Positions 17,570 through 25,500 of a stretch of 31,548 nt of DNA are shown here, in pieces. Numbering within the stretch: the stretch's first letter is position 1; each line of letters begins with the position of its first letter. The notes under the pieces are model-generated. The model did no database searches and had not been told where the DNA came from. It was given only the letters and a program-made list of their open reading frames with translations. A program made the translations under genes and the position numbers. This DNA is from a virus (lineage: Duplodnaviria > Caudoviricetes): the IMG/VR virus record IMGVR_UViG_3300011339_000431, positions 1-31,548 of that record; one strand, given 5' to 3'.

Positions 17570-17593
17570 TGCTTGAATCCTAAGATTCCCTGG

Positions 17594-17674
17594 TCAACGG
17601 GCCAGTACGTCAGAAATAATTTCGGTAATGATAGCCCACCATGAGGGTGGGGGTTCAAACAGATCGTTAATCAT
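17594..17674 (-). CDS. Tailspike-linked micro-ORF copy 2 (26 aa, MINDLFEPPPSWWAIITEIISDVLAR)
   Basis: ATGA overlap with the tailspike-2 stop; paralog of 9991-10065. Confidence 0.75.
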   Translation of the reverse strand: MINDLFEPPPSWWAIITEIISDVLAR

Positions 17675-19440
17675 GCGGCAATGTAATTTGCAGAAAACAC
17701 AAACGAGCTAGTGGCAGACAAATCCGCAAGCACCAAGGTAGAGTCGCTTGCGCTGGCCGCTGTGCGCCGAGTCAAGGTAATGACAGAGGTGTTGTTAGAC
17801 ACTTGACCCAATGTCTGTACCACCGCAGTTGTCAATGCGTTAGCATTAACTAATGCGGCTGAAATTGCGATATTTGAGTTCAAACAAACAAACGGCAAAC
17901 CCGTGATTCGGATGCCGCCAGTAGCGTCTACTGAAACCGCCGACAACACAATCCTTCCGGTCACAAAAACTTGTCTGCCGATCCTAGTGTAGCCACCCGC
18001 CTGTACAGAATATGCCCACCCAGTTCCTGATATTGTTGAACCTGCTAAAGCGGGAGTCCAAGTGCCTTCTGTGTAATTGTCAAGAACACTAAGACCAGCC
18101 CCAAACTCCAAACCACCTTTGATGGTAAACGCACCTACTGGCTGCGTGCCCGTGATGGTTTCCAATTCAAACGCACAGTTGACAAGCCGATAGTTGCCCC
18201 AATCAGCCGTTACGCCACCTGTTGCCAGCGAACAGTTGTAGATTTCAAACGCGCTTTCTTTTCGTGTTGAGGTGGGTTCAGTCCCCGTCATCCAGAGAGC
18301 ATCAACGGCGCAGATACCATCTACCAACCGGCAATTCAGCGCAGAAGCTGAGCCGACAAATAACACACCCCATTGCTTTGTAGCGTAGCCTAGAGAGATG
18401 GCGTCGGTGCCAACGCCACCCGGCGCATACTTGCAGCCCAATTCCGTGTAATAACCGTGAATCGTGTTGCCGGTTGATGTTGGCTCAAAAACAATGTTTG
18501 CGCCAAAGTTGTTCTCAGACACCACGCCAAAAATATGTACGCTTCGATGTGGTCCAAAGTAAACGCCGCATCCTTCTTTGCGTAACACCGGATCAGTCTG
18601 GCGAAATGTTGACGCTGACCCGTTTGCATCGCAATGCAAGTCGTAAATGTAGACCGCATTTACCTTGTCTTGAGCCGTCCAGCCATAGCGAGCGTCTGCC
18701 GCCCCCATCTCAAAACCGCGACCGGGATTAAGATAGCAACGGCAAGAATCAATACTTCCAGAATACGAGCCATTGATAGATATTCCTGCAAGGGTCGCGC
18801 CTCTTGCCCTAACGTGCCAAAACTGCACATCTTGTACGCGAGCGCCATAAAACCCGTAACCAGCCTTATCGTTGGCATCAAGCGTTACGTCACGCATCTC
18901 CAGCGTCCAAATTGTCGCGTCAAAAGTGGCGGCTGGTTCTACGCCAACCGCTGTTGATGACGCTGCAATTACTGCGGCAGTAGAACTAACCGCGCCGTCA
19001 TAATATATGACGGATTCTTGCTGACCATTCCACGTTGGCCCGCCTGCTTGCGTGGTGTACGGGTATCGTGTTGCCCCTGCGCCAATAAACCCCGTGTTTC
19101 GGTTGCTGGTTGGCCTGATAAGTAATGTGGAGGTAATACGGTACTTACCTATTGGCAAGTAAACAATTTTGCTGCTGTTAAGTGCTGCTTGCAATGCAGC
19201 CGTGTCATCCGTTACACCATCACCGACAGCGCCAAAATCCTTAACCGACACCGACTCGCGCAACTTGGTTTGCACGGTTGTAGCCACCGCGCCCGTACCG
19301 GCTGGCGTGTAGCCAATGCCTGAGCCAAGACTGTCAACAGTCGTCTGCACCGTCGCGCTGCTCTGCACGACAGGCACGATCTCCGCGCCCGTCAGCGGGG
19401 TGGCTGACGGTGGCAGTTGGGTGATTTTCTTGTTAGGCAT
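17671..19440 (-). CDS. Tailspike 2 (beta-helix, pectate-lyase-3-like) with KITQLP N-terminus
   Basis: VSVKDFGAVGDGVTDDTAALQAAL..VYLP.GKY; C-terminal Y.EGTWTP...YTRIGRQV...ITGLPF domain typical of fibre/spike C-termini. Confidence 0.88.
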   Translation of the reverse strand: MPNKKITQLPPSATPLTGAEIVPVVQSSATVQTTVDSLGSGIGYTPAGTGAVATTVQTKLRESVSVKDFGAVGDGVTDDTAALQAALNSSKIVYLPIGKYRITSTLLIRPTSNRNTGFIGAGATRYPYTTQAGGPTWNGQQESVIYYDGAVSSTAAVIAASSTAVGVEPAATFDATIWTLEMRDVTLDANDKAGYGFYGARVQDVQFWHVRARGATLAGISINGSYSGSIDSCRCYLNPGRGFEMGAADARYGWTAQDKVNAVYIYDLHCDANGSASTFRQTDPVLRKEGCGVYFGPHRSVHIFGVVSENNFGANIVFEPTSTGNTIHGYYTELGCKYAPGGVGTDAISLGYATKQWGVLFVGSASALNCRLVDGICAVDALWMTGTEPTSTRKESAFEIYNCSLATGGVTADWGNYRLVNCAFELETITGTQPVGAFTIKGGLEFGAGLSVLDNYTEGTWTPALAGSTISGTGWAYSVQAGGYTRIGRQVFVTGRIVLSAVSVDATGGIRITGLPFVCLNSNIAISAALVNANALTTAVVQTLGQVSNNTSVITLTRRTAASASDSTLVLADLSATSSFVFSANYIAA

Positions 19441-19921
19441 TTAGTGCTGCCACTTTGTCTTGAAAGGCCTTGATGCGAGCCTCCAGCGCAGCGCGGTCAG
19501 CGTCCAGTTTGGCCTGTGCGGCAAACAGAGCAGCGTCTTTGGCATCCAAAGCGTCTTGTTGCGTTTGGGCCTGCGTCTCGCGCAAACTCAATGCCTTGTC
19601 GCGGGCGCTGAACGTAGCCGCCATGTCAGTCTCGCGGGCGTTCAGTTCTTTCTCGCGGGTGTCTTGTGCAGTCTTTTTGGCTTTAGCCGCAACGTTTTGT
19701 TCCTTGGCATCAGCCAAAATGGCGGCAGCATCAGTCTTGGCGACTTCCAGCGCAGCAGCAGCGTCGGCCTTCAGCTTCACGGTGTCAGCCGCTGCCGTCA
19801 ACGCGCCTTGGCGAATCGCCAGCTCATCGCGCAGCGCAGCCATTGCCGCAAGGTCTTTGGGCATCTGCGTCGTGAAGTACGACAGGTAGTCGGTGCCTGG
19901 GGTGTCGTTGGTGATGTTCAT
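19433..19921 (-). CDS. Ala-rich coiled-coil protein
   Basis: Continuous heptad pattern; AAGGGGG SD. Confidence 0.75.
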   Translation of the reverse strand: MNITNDTPGTDYLSYFTTQMPKDLAAMAALRDELAIRQGALTAAADTVKLKADAAAALEVAKTDAAAILADAKEQNVAAKAKKTAQDTREKELNARETDMAATFSARDKALSLRETQAQTQQDALDAKDAALFAAQAKLDADRAALEARIKAFQDKVAALNA

Positions 19922-19930
19922 GTGGCCCCC

Positions 19931-20236
19931 TTATGCGTAATAACTGACGTTGAGCTTGGCGCTGGCCGTCTGCTCAATAAACCGAATCTTGGTCAGATCG
20001 CCATCGTACTGAAGCGTCACGCCAGCCGCCAACGGCATACCAACCGAAGCGGTTGGATCAACATCATCGTCACGCCACCGGACTGCCTGAGTTTCAGCGG
20101 TAATGATCGCAATGCTCGGTTTGCAAGACAAACCGTTGAGATCAGTTGTCGGCACGGTCAAGGCGCTGGATGCGCTCAATGATGTGATCTGCTGGTAGCC
20201 TAGCCGCGTGGTGACAGCTTTGAGAGTGAGAGCCAT
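19931..20236 (-). CDS. Small beta-rich putative virion protein
   Basis: LGYQQIT, VRWRDD..PTASVGMPL motif; TAATG coupling. Confidence 0.75.
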   Translation of the reverse strand: MALTLKAVTTRLGYQQITSLSASSALTVPTTDLNGLSCKPSIAIITAETQAVRWRDDDVDPTASVGMPLAAGVTLQYDGDLTKIRFIEQTASAKLNVSYYA

Positions 20237-20499
20237 TAAAATCTCCGTTCAGTAAACGATCTAATCTCGATCAAAGTCTGCACAAACCCCGGCGTCGGCG
20301 GCGCTCCCGAATTGGTTGCGGTCATGGCGACATTGATGCCATCAAGCGCAAAAGCCATCGTAGCGTTATGCCCCGATACTATAGCACCATCAAACGAAAT
20401 GCCGTCAAGGATGACCGCCAAGGTAGCGGTAATTCCCGCCGCTGTGGCTACAACATTCGCCCCAATCGGACGCGACGCGATTGGGTAAAAGCCAAGCAT
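20236..20499 (-). CDS. Hypothetical structural protein (87 aa)
   Basis: MLGFYPIASRPI N-terminus; fits the coupled operon. Confidence 0.65.
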   Translation of the reverse strand: MLGFYPIASRPIGANVVATAAGITATLAVILDGISFDGAIVSGHNATMAFALDGINVAMTATNSGAPPTPGFVQTLIEIRSFTERRF

Positions 20500-20502
20500 G
20501 AC

Positions 20503-20904
20503 TTACACCACAGGCCAGTCGGATCGCATATCGTAGCCAACAACGTCTGCAATGGTCGTCATGGCGTCAATAGTGTCGCGGTGCATCCCGCTGACCCCGG
20601 CAATCTGGGCCTCCAGCGTTGAGAGTTGCTGCGCCTTGTCCAGCACCTTGACGATCAGGTCTGCTTCGCTGATGCCTCGGTAGCCTGCCTCAAGCGTGAG
20701 CATGGGGCCACCGCCTGCGTTGGCTTCGGCAAGTTTTAGCGGCCATGAGGACATCTCAGCGGCTGATATGCCAGCGGTGATCCGGTCGCGCAAAGATGCT
20801 GCTGCTAGGTCAACAACAGCAATGCGGTCGGCTTGCGCCTCGGCAAGTGTTGCAAACTCAACGTCGGGGCCGTTAACAAACTGGTTGTCTTGGTAGGTGA
20901 GCAT
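20503..20904 (-). CDS. Tail-fibre assembly chaperone-like protein (DUF4376-like)
   Basis: E..SW..K..EA...ML..EA..RG....L..KV..KA...I.G....I...W pattern; follows the Gly-rich fibre gene. Start moved to ATG 20904. Confidence 0.6.
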   Translation of the reverse strand: MLTYQDNQFVNGPDVEFATLAEAQADRIAVVDLAAASLRDRITAGISAAEMSSWPLKLAEANAGGGPMLTLEAGYRGISEADLIVKVLDKAQQLSTLEAQIAGVSGMHRDTIDAMTTIADVVGYDMRSDWPVV

Positions 20905-20909
20905 AAAAA

Positions 20910-21812
20910 TTACCAGTAAAAAATCCAGCAAATAGCATCACCGCCTTTGCCGCCTGCGCCGCCAGTAATGCCGCCGCCGCCGCCTGCGCCGCCGCATCCC
21001 CACGAACCACCACCGCCTTGACCTGCCGCACCTGCAATGCTTCCACCGCCGCCCGTGCCCGGCAGACCCGTAAATAAATCATCAGAAATCCACGGGCCTT
21101 CTTGCCCAGCAGTATTTGCCGCGCCGCCTGCAATGCTTGGGTAAATGCCAACGTGCTGAGATGTAAACCCACCAGACGCAAACAAAGCGTTTGCCGCCGA
21201 CACCGACCCACCGCCGGGTGCGCCCATGCCGCGGCAGGGGTTTTGCGAAGTTTGTGCTGTTGCATTGGCACCTGCGCCGCCGATAACGCCGCCAAGCGAA
21301 ATGCTAATTGAACCAATGCCAACCGTTGTTGCTGCGGGAGCAGTAGGTGCGCCTGCGGCTGCGCCGCCAGCGGTAGTTGTAGCCCCGCCACCACCCAACC
21401 CCCCGGGCACCGACATCAGCAAAAGGCCAGCCGTTGAGGTGGTGTGGTCAAAATAAAGGTTGGACACAACGCCAGCCGATCCCGCCGAAGCGGCAACACC
21501 ACTTGCGCCCGTTGCGCCGCCAGCACCGCCACGGCCCAACGACATAGGAATTGACCCGTTCCAAATGGATGTTGGCAAAATAAGCCTCACATCTGCCCCG
21601 CCGCCACCGCCACCGCCTCCCGGCCTAAGAGTGGAGGTTGCGTTAGTTAACCCACCCCCACCGCCTCCAGCCGCGCCCCGCAGATGTATGTACAAATAAC
21701 TTGCCCATCGAGGGTAAGTGACTTGCGTAATAGCGGTGTTTGTTGTTTGCGCTTCCCCATACACAACAATGCGGTTTTTCCGCTGCGTCGTTGAGAAATA
21801 CTGATAGTCCAT
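20910..21812 (-). CDS. Glycine-rich fibre/adhesin-like protein
   Basis: Many polyglycine runs (GAAGGGGGG, GGGGGGGG, GGAGGKGGD) and a terminal aromatic strand (ICWIFYW); TGATG coupling at 21812. Confidence 0.75.
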   Translation of the reverse strand: MDYQYFSTTQRKNRIVVYGEAQTTNTAITQVTYPRWASYLYIHLRGAAGGGGGGLTNATSTLRPGGGGGGGGADVRLILPTSIWNGSIPMSLGRGGAGGATGASGVAASAGSAGVVSNLYFDHTTSTAGLLLMSVPGGLGGGGATTTAGGAAAGAPTAPAATTVGIGSISISLGGVIGGAGANATAQTSQNPCRGMGAPGGGSVSAANALFASGGFTSQHVGIYPSIAGGAANTAGQEGPWISDDLFTGLPGTGGGGSIAGAAGQGGGGSWGCGGAGGGGGITGGAGGKGGDAICWIFYW

Positions 21813-22228
21813 CAGTAATCGCCACCAAATGCTGTAGCCCCCCACCCTGCGCTAGTTGGCGCAGCACTAAGCAGCCAAATAATTCGCCAACCAGCGGGGA
21901 CGGCTACGTTAAACGGTAGCGCAGCCTCGTATACCAACACAGAGGTACTAATTGCAGGGACTATTGGCAGCAATAACTCTCCAAACAAAAAATTGTTTGT
22001 TGCCGTAGTTGTTGCTCCCCCGTTGTTGAGCCAAAAACGCCCAACAACAGCCGCCGAATTGGCCCCCAAAGCCTTGACCTTCACAAAACTAATAAACGCT
22101 CCGTTTGCGCCAGCAGTAAAGATTGTGCCAACAGTCCCTGATGCACCATCAAAACTGTTTGCAGTCGAAGTGGTAAGTGAGCCGCCGTTAACATTAGGCG
22201 TGTTGGTATATTGCGGGTCAAGTGCCAT
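21812..22228 (-). CDS. Putative virion structural protein (beta sandwich)
   Basis: Gly/Thr/Ala-rich 138 aa ORF in the coupled operon. Confidence 0.7.
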   Translation of the reverse strand: MALDPQYTNTPNVNGGSLTTSTANSFDGASGTVGTIFTAGANGAFISFVKVKALGANSAAVVGRFWLNNGGATTTATNNFLFGELLLPIVPAISTSVLVYEAALPFNVAVPAGWRIIWLLSAAPTSAGWGATAFGGDY

Positions 22229-22229
22229 C

Positions 22230-22580
22230 TCAAGTTACTCCAAAATTGCCAGCGGCCAATAATTGGGCCGTGCCTGAGCGTGTGTTTTTCAATGCCCTTG
22301 CACTAGGCGTCAGGAACACGTTGACGGTGCCTGTAAACGTCACCCGGCTGCCTGTGCTTGAGCCGCTGATCTCGCCGCGGCTCAGAGTCGTGCCGTCCCA
22401 AACCGAGTCGCACACCTCCCAATCGCCGGGGGTGCTGGACTCAATGGCAATCGTCACCACCGAGCCTGTCGTGACGCCAGAGGCAAACGTCTGATAACCA
22501 GACACGCTGCCGGAAGGCGTGACCGCGCCCGAGCCAGGGTTGGCGGCGGTCTGGGATACGCGGTCAGCTACAAAACTCAC
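22230..22580 (-). CDS. Putative fibre-base structural protein
   Basis: ADRV..T...G.G...GYQTF...WEV...TLSR...SS..V.F.G..VF motif; GTGA coupling. Confidence 0.7.
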   Translation of the reverse strand: MSFVADRVSQTAANPGSGAVTPSGSVSGYQTFASGVTTGSVVTIAIESSTPGDWEVCDSVWDGTTLSRGEISGSSTGSRVTFTGTVNVFLTPSARALKNTRSGTAQLLAAGNFGVT

Positions 22581-22954
22581 GCATTACCCTCTGTGATCGT
22601 TGCGGAAGTCACGGTAATCGTGTCGCTGATGGCAATCGTTGTGTTGGTGATGTTGATGTTGCTGGCCGATACGCCAACCGTCAGACCCTCAATCACAATC
22701 GTTGTGCCATCCGACTTGTAGATGCGTGCAATCGCCGCCGTGCCTGCTGCGCCTGCGGTTCCCGCCGTAATTGCGTTTAGCGTCAACACGCCGCCAGATG
22801 CAGCCGCCGCAAACGCTGATGCGCTACAGATGCACTCCACCAGTTGAGAAGCGTAAGCGGCGGTGTAAATTCGCAACTTGGCGCTCGTACCGGCAAAGGT
22901 AGTAATCTGGTCAGCGCGGTTGTTCCGCAGCGTGGTGTTGAGTGTGATTGCCAC
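22577..22954 (-). CDS. Putative virion structural protein
   Basis: Thr/Ala-rich (LRNNRAD, LRIYT, AGTAAIARI); fits the operon. Confidence 0.7.
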   Translation of the reverse strand: MAITLNTTLRNNRADQITTFAGTSAKLRIYTAAYASQLVECICSASAFAAAASGGVLTLNAITAGTAGAAGTAAIARIYKSDGTTIVIEGLTVGVSASNINITNTTIAISDTITVTSATITEGNA

Positions 22955-22957
22955 GTT

Positions 22958-23320
22958 TTACGCCAAAAACTTGAGCTTGTAGAGCGTTGACAAATACAAC
23001 GCCACGATCTCATCAATGATGTTCTGAATGGCGGTGTCTGACTTGTCGCAGACCTCATACCGGCATTTCTCAATCTCATCAAGCTGGCCTTGCAAGAACT
23101 CGATGATGTTGGCAGCTTTCTTGTTGGCGGGAACAGCAATCTGCCCCATCAAACCGTGCCGACCTTGGTACGCCTCGGCAAACGAGTCGGCCAAGTCAAT
23201 GACCGAATCGTAAAACGTGTTCAGCGCCATGTGCTTGCTGAATGAGCGGGTAGCAAGATGCACCGAATGACTTACATCGCGGGCAAGAAAAAGCATACCA
23301 ACAAACTGACAGGCGTTCAT
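22958..23320 (-). CDS. Ferritin/Dps-like four-helix protein (DUF5856-like)
   Basis: H..H..T.SF..H.AL..FYD....AD.FAEAYQG...NIIDEI.....TLYKL.FL signature. Confidence 0.75.
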   Translation of the reverse strand: MNACQFVGMLFLARDVSHSVHLATRSFSKHMALNTFYDSVIDLADSFAEAYQGRHGLMGQIAVPANKKAANIIEFLQGQLDEIEKCRYEVCDKSDTAIQNIIDEIVALYLSTLYKLKFLA

Positions 23321-25500
23321 TGCTGGAACCCTTCCATCGGCATTTCTTGTTCCATAGGCATCTCCATGCCTTCCATTGGCATCTCAGCACCCATATCGAC
23401 ATCCTGACCCGGCATCTCGGCAATCAGATCGCCGCTGGTAATCATGCCGTGGATGGTGCCCAGCACGATCTCTTGAATCTGGTCTGGTGACATACCGGCC
23501 TGCACGGCAGAGATGCGCTTAGTCTCGGCGTCAAACGCCTTGATCTTGGCTTCGTAGTCCTTGCGCTCTTGCTCTTGCACTTCAATGGACTTGCCGACGT
23601 TTTGCAGCATCTGGTGCATCTGCTCCATTTCCTGCCCCATCGCCTCCATCTGCTGCTGGGCGGCTTGCAGCTCAGGGTTGTCTTCGCCGTCGCTCATCAA
23701 CTTAGGATCAATGGTGCGGGCAAAGCGTTTCGCCATCTCCTGCGCCCCAGGCCAATCCATGTTCTTGACGAACAGATCGCCAGCCACAGCCCAGAGCTGC
23801 GGGTTGCCCTGCAACAGTTGGCTCATAGCCTCCAGCGCCTCTTGGCGTTTGGTTGCGTAGCCTGGGCCGGTGACGGCCACCACATCGTATTTGCCAACGC
23901 TCAGGTTGTAGATTTTCTCAACCACAATGCCTGATTGGTCAACGATCTTGTTAACCGGCTGCTGCTGGTCAGGGTTTACCCTCACCATCTTGGTGTCGCC
24001 GTCTTCGCCAATGATTCGAGCCACGCGCTGCGTGTCGTAAATCTTGGGAATCAAGTCCACCAACTGCCGAGCAACGTTTCGCACGCTGCGGGCCAAGTTG
24101 TCGCCGTAGTGGTACGTCCCAACATCACCCTCGCGCTGGCGGGCCAGAATAGCCTTGCCAGACCGCTCGTTTGACCCCATTCCCAATGATGCGTTGTACT
24201 GCCCGGTGGTCGATTTGATGTCTTCTGACGCGCCTGCCTTGGCTTGCAACAGCCCAGATGACGCCATAGGCGGCTGGGCACGCTGCGGAAGCGGCAAAGT
24301 AGCACCCTGACCGTCAGTTACGTCAGGGTTGACCTCCAAATACGGCCAGTTTTGCGTGTTGGCGGTCTTCCATTGGGTTTCGTACCCCTCAAACTGCCCG
24401 CCGTACCCGATAAACGGTGCTTTTGGGGCCAAAGCCAGCATTTCTGCCTCTTGGGACACCCAATAGTTGTACATCCGCTGCGCGTCCTTGGCATTTCGCA
24501 CCAATCCGCTCACATACAGACGCCCATCCACCTCGTATTCGTTGCCAACCACCCGAATGACCGGAATACACTTACCAGCCCAATCGTGTTGCTCCAAGAC
24601 TTCGTAGCCGTTGATCTTGCAATACTTGATTTTTGGCCTGTCTGACTCGCGTGAGCGAATAGGCTTGCCAAAAAACATCTTGAGTTGCTTGTCTTCCGGC
24701 GTGTTGGCAAACGCCGTCTGGTTGCCGGGGTACAAATTCAGCGTGGCGCGGTCGTAGTCCACATAGTAGTAGTCCGCCACCCGCACGGTGTCTTCGTTCA
24801 GCCAGTTGCTGATGGACTGATCGCCAACGCCCAACGATTGCAGCGTCGTCACAGGCGCTGCGTTGGGGTACATCCGCTCGTACTCCTCGCGGGTCAGGTC
24901 TTGCGTGATGAAACAATACTTGGCATCCGCTCCGGTCGGGTCTTGGATCATTGGATCCATGTACACCGAGAAACTGTTCCGCACCCGACCAATCTTGATG
25001 TCCTGCTCAAACGTGTTGTCGTCGCAGTATTCGGTCAGCAGTCGGATGTAGCCCTCACCATACGCCACCTGATTTTCGCACGCCGTGTCATAAGCTACGT
25101 CAGCGTCGCTGATGTACTCAATGTGCCGGATCATGCCGTTGAAGATTTCGGCCACCTCAACGTCAGCGTTGTCGTCCACCGGAATGACCTTCGCCGCGGG
25201 CCGGTTCTGGCGCTGGTCGTTCGTGACCTGCTTAACGTGTTGAGGCAGCTTGTTGATCGTCAGGCACGGGCGTGCGTTGATCGTCTGCCCCTGCACCGCA
25301 CCGCGAGTCGCCAAAACGTCAGCGGGCCATTGCCAATGATTGTCAGGCGATCCCGCGTAAAAGCGCAGATCGTCAATCTCATCCTCGCGGGATTCAGACA
25401 GCGCCGACATAGCCATATCCAACCGACTGCGTGCCGTTGACAGCAAGTCTTCGTTCCCGCTGGCTACAGCTTTCGCTGCAATGATCCCGTCGTCTTTCAT
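23317..25500 (-). CDS. Portal protein, P22-like
   Basis: DDLRFY.G...QW, RPCLTINKL, GLVRNAKDAQRMYNYW.S, SGKAILARQ.EGD, IPKIYDT.R, GKYDV...GP.Y.TKRQEA; TGATG coupling with terL. Confidence 0.93.
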   Translation of the reverse strand: MKDDGIIAAKAVASGNEDLLSTARSRLDMAMSALSESREDEIDDLRFYAGSPDNHWQWPADVLATRGAVQGQTINARPCLTINKLPQHVKQVTNDQRQNRPAAKVIPVDDNADVEVAEIFNGMIRHIEYISDADVAYDTACENQVAYGEGYIRLLTEYCDDNTFEQDIKIGRVRNSFSVYMDPMIQDPTGADAKYCFITQDLTREEYERMYPNAAPVTTLQSLGVGDQSISNWLNEDTVRVADYYYVDYDRATLNLYPGNQTAFANTPEDKQLKMFFGKPIRSRESDRPKIKYCKINGYEVLEQHDWAGKCIPVIRVVGNEYEVDGRLYVSGLVRNAKDAQRMYNYWVSQEAEMLALAPKAPFIGYGGQFEGYETQWKTANTQNWPYLEVNPDVTDGQGATLPLPQRAQPPMASSGLLQAKAGASEDIKSTTGQYNASLGMGSNERSGKAILARQREGDVGTYHYGDNLARSVRNVARQLVDLIPKIYDTQRVARIIGEDGDTKMVRVNPDQQQPVNKIVDQSGIVVEKIYNLSVGKYDVVAVTGPGYATKRQEALEAMSQLLQGNPQLWAVAGDLFVKNMDWPGAQEMAKRFARTIDPKLMSDGEDNPELQAAQQQMEAMGQEMEQMHQMLQNVGKSIEVQEQERKDYEAKIKAFDAETKRISAVQAGMSPDQIQEIVLGTIHGMITSGDLIAEMPGQDVDMGAEMPMEGMEMPMEQEMPMEGFQQ

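Noticed and set aside
17628-17658. Sigma70 promoter TTGAAC...TATCAT upstream of the scaffold
   Set aside because: Spacer is 19 nt and the sequence is explained by micro-ORF 2 coding; not excluded but unsupported.
9991-19311. Diversity-generating retroelement or invertase-type tail switching
   Set aside because: Paralogous segments differ at synonymous positions of all bases rather than only adenines, are in direct orientation, and no reverse transcriptase or invertase is in the window.
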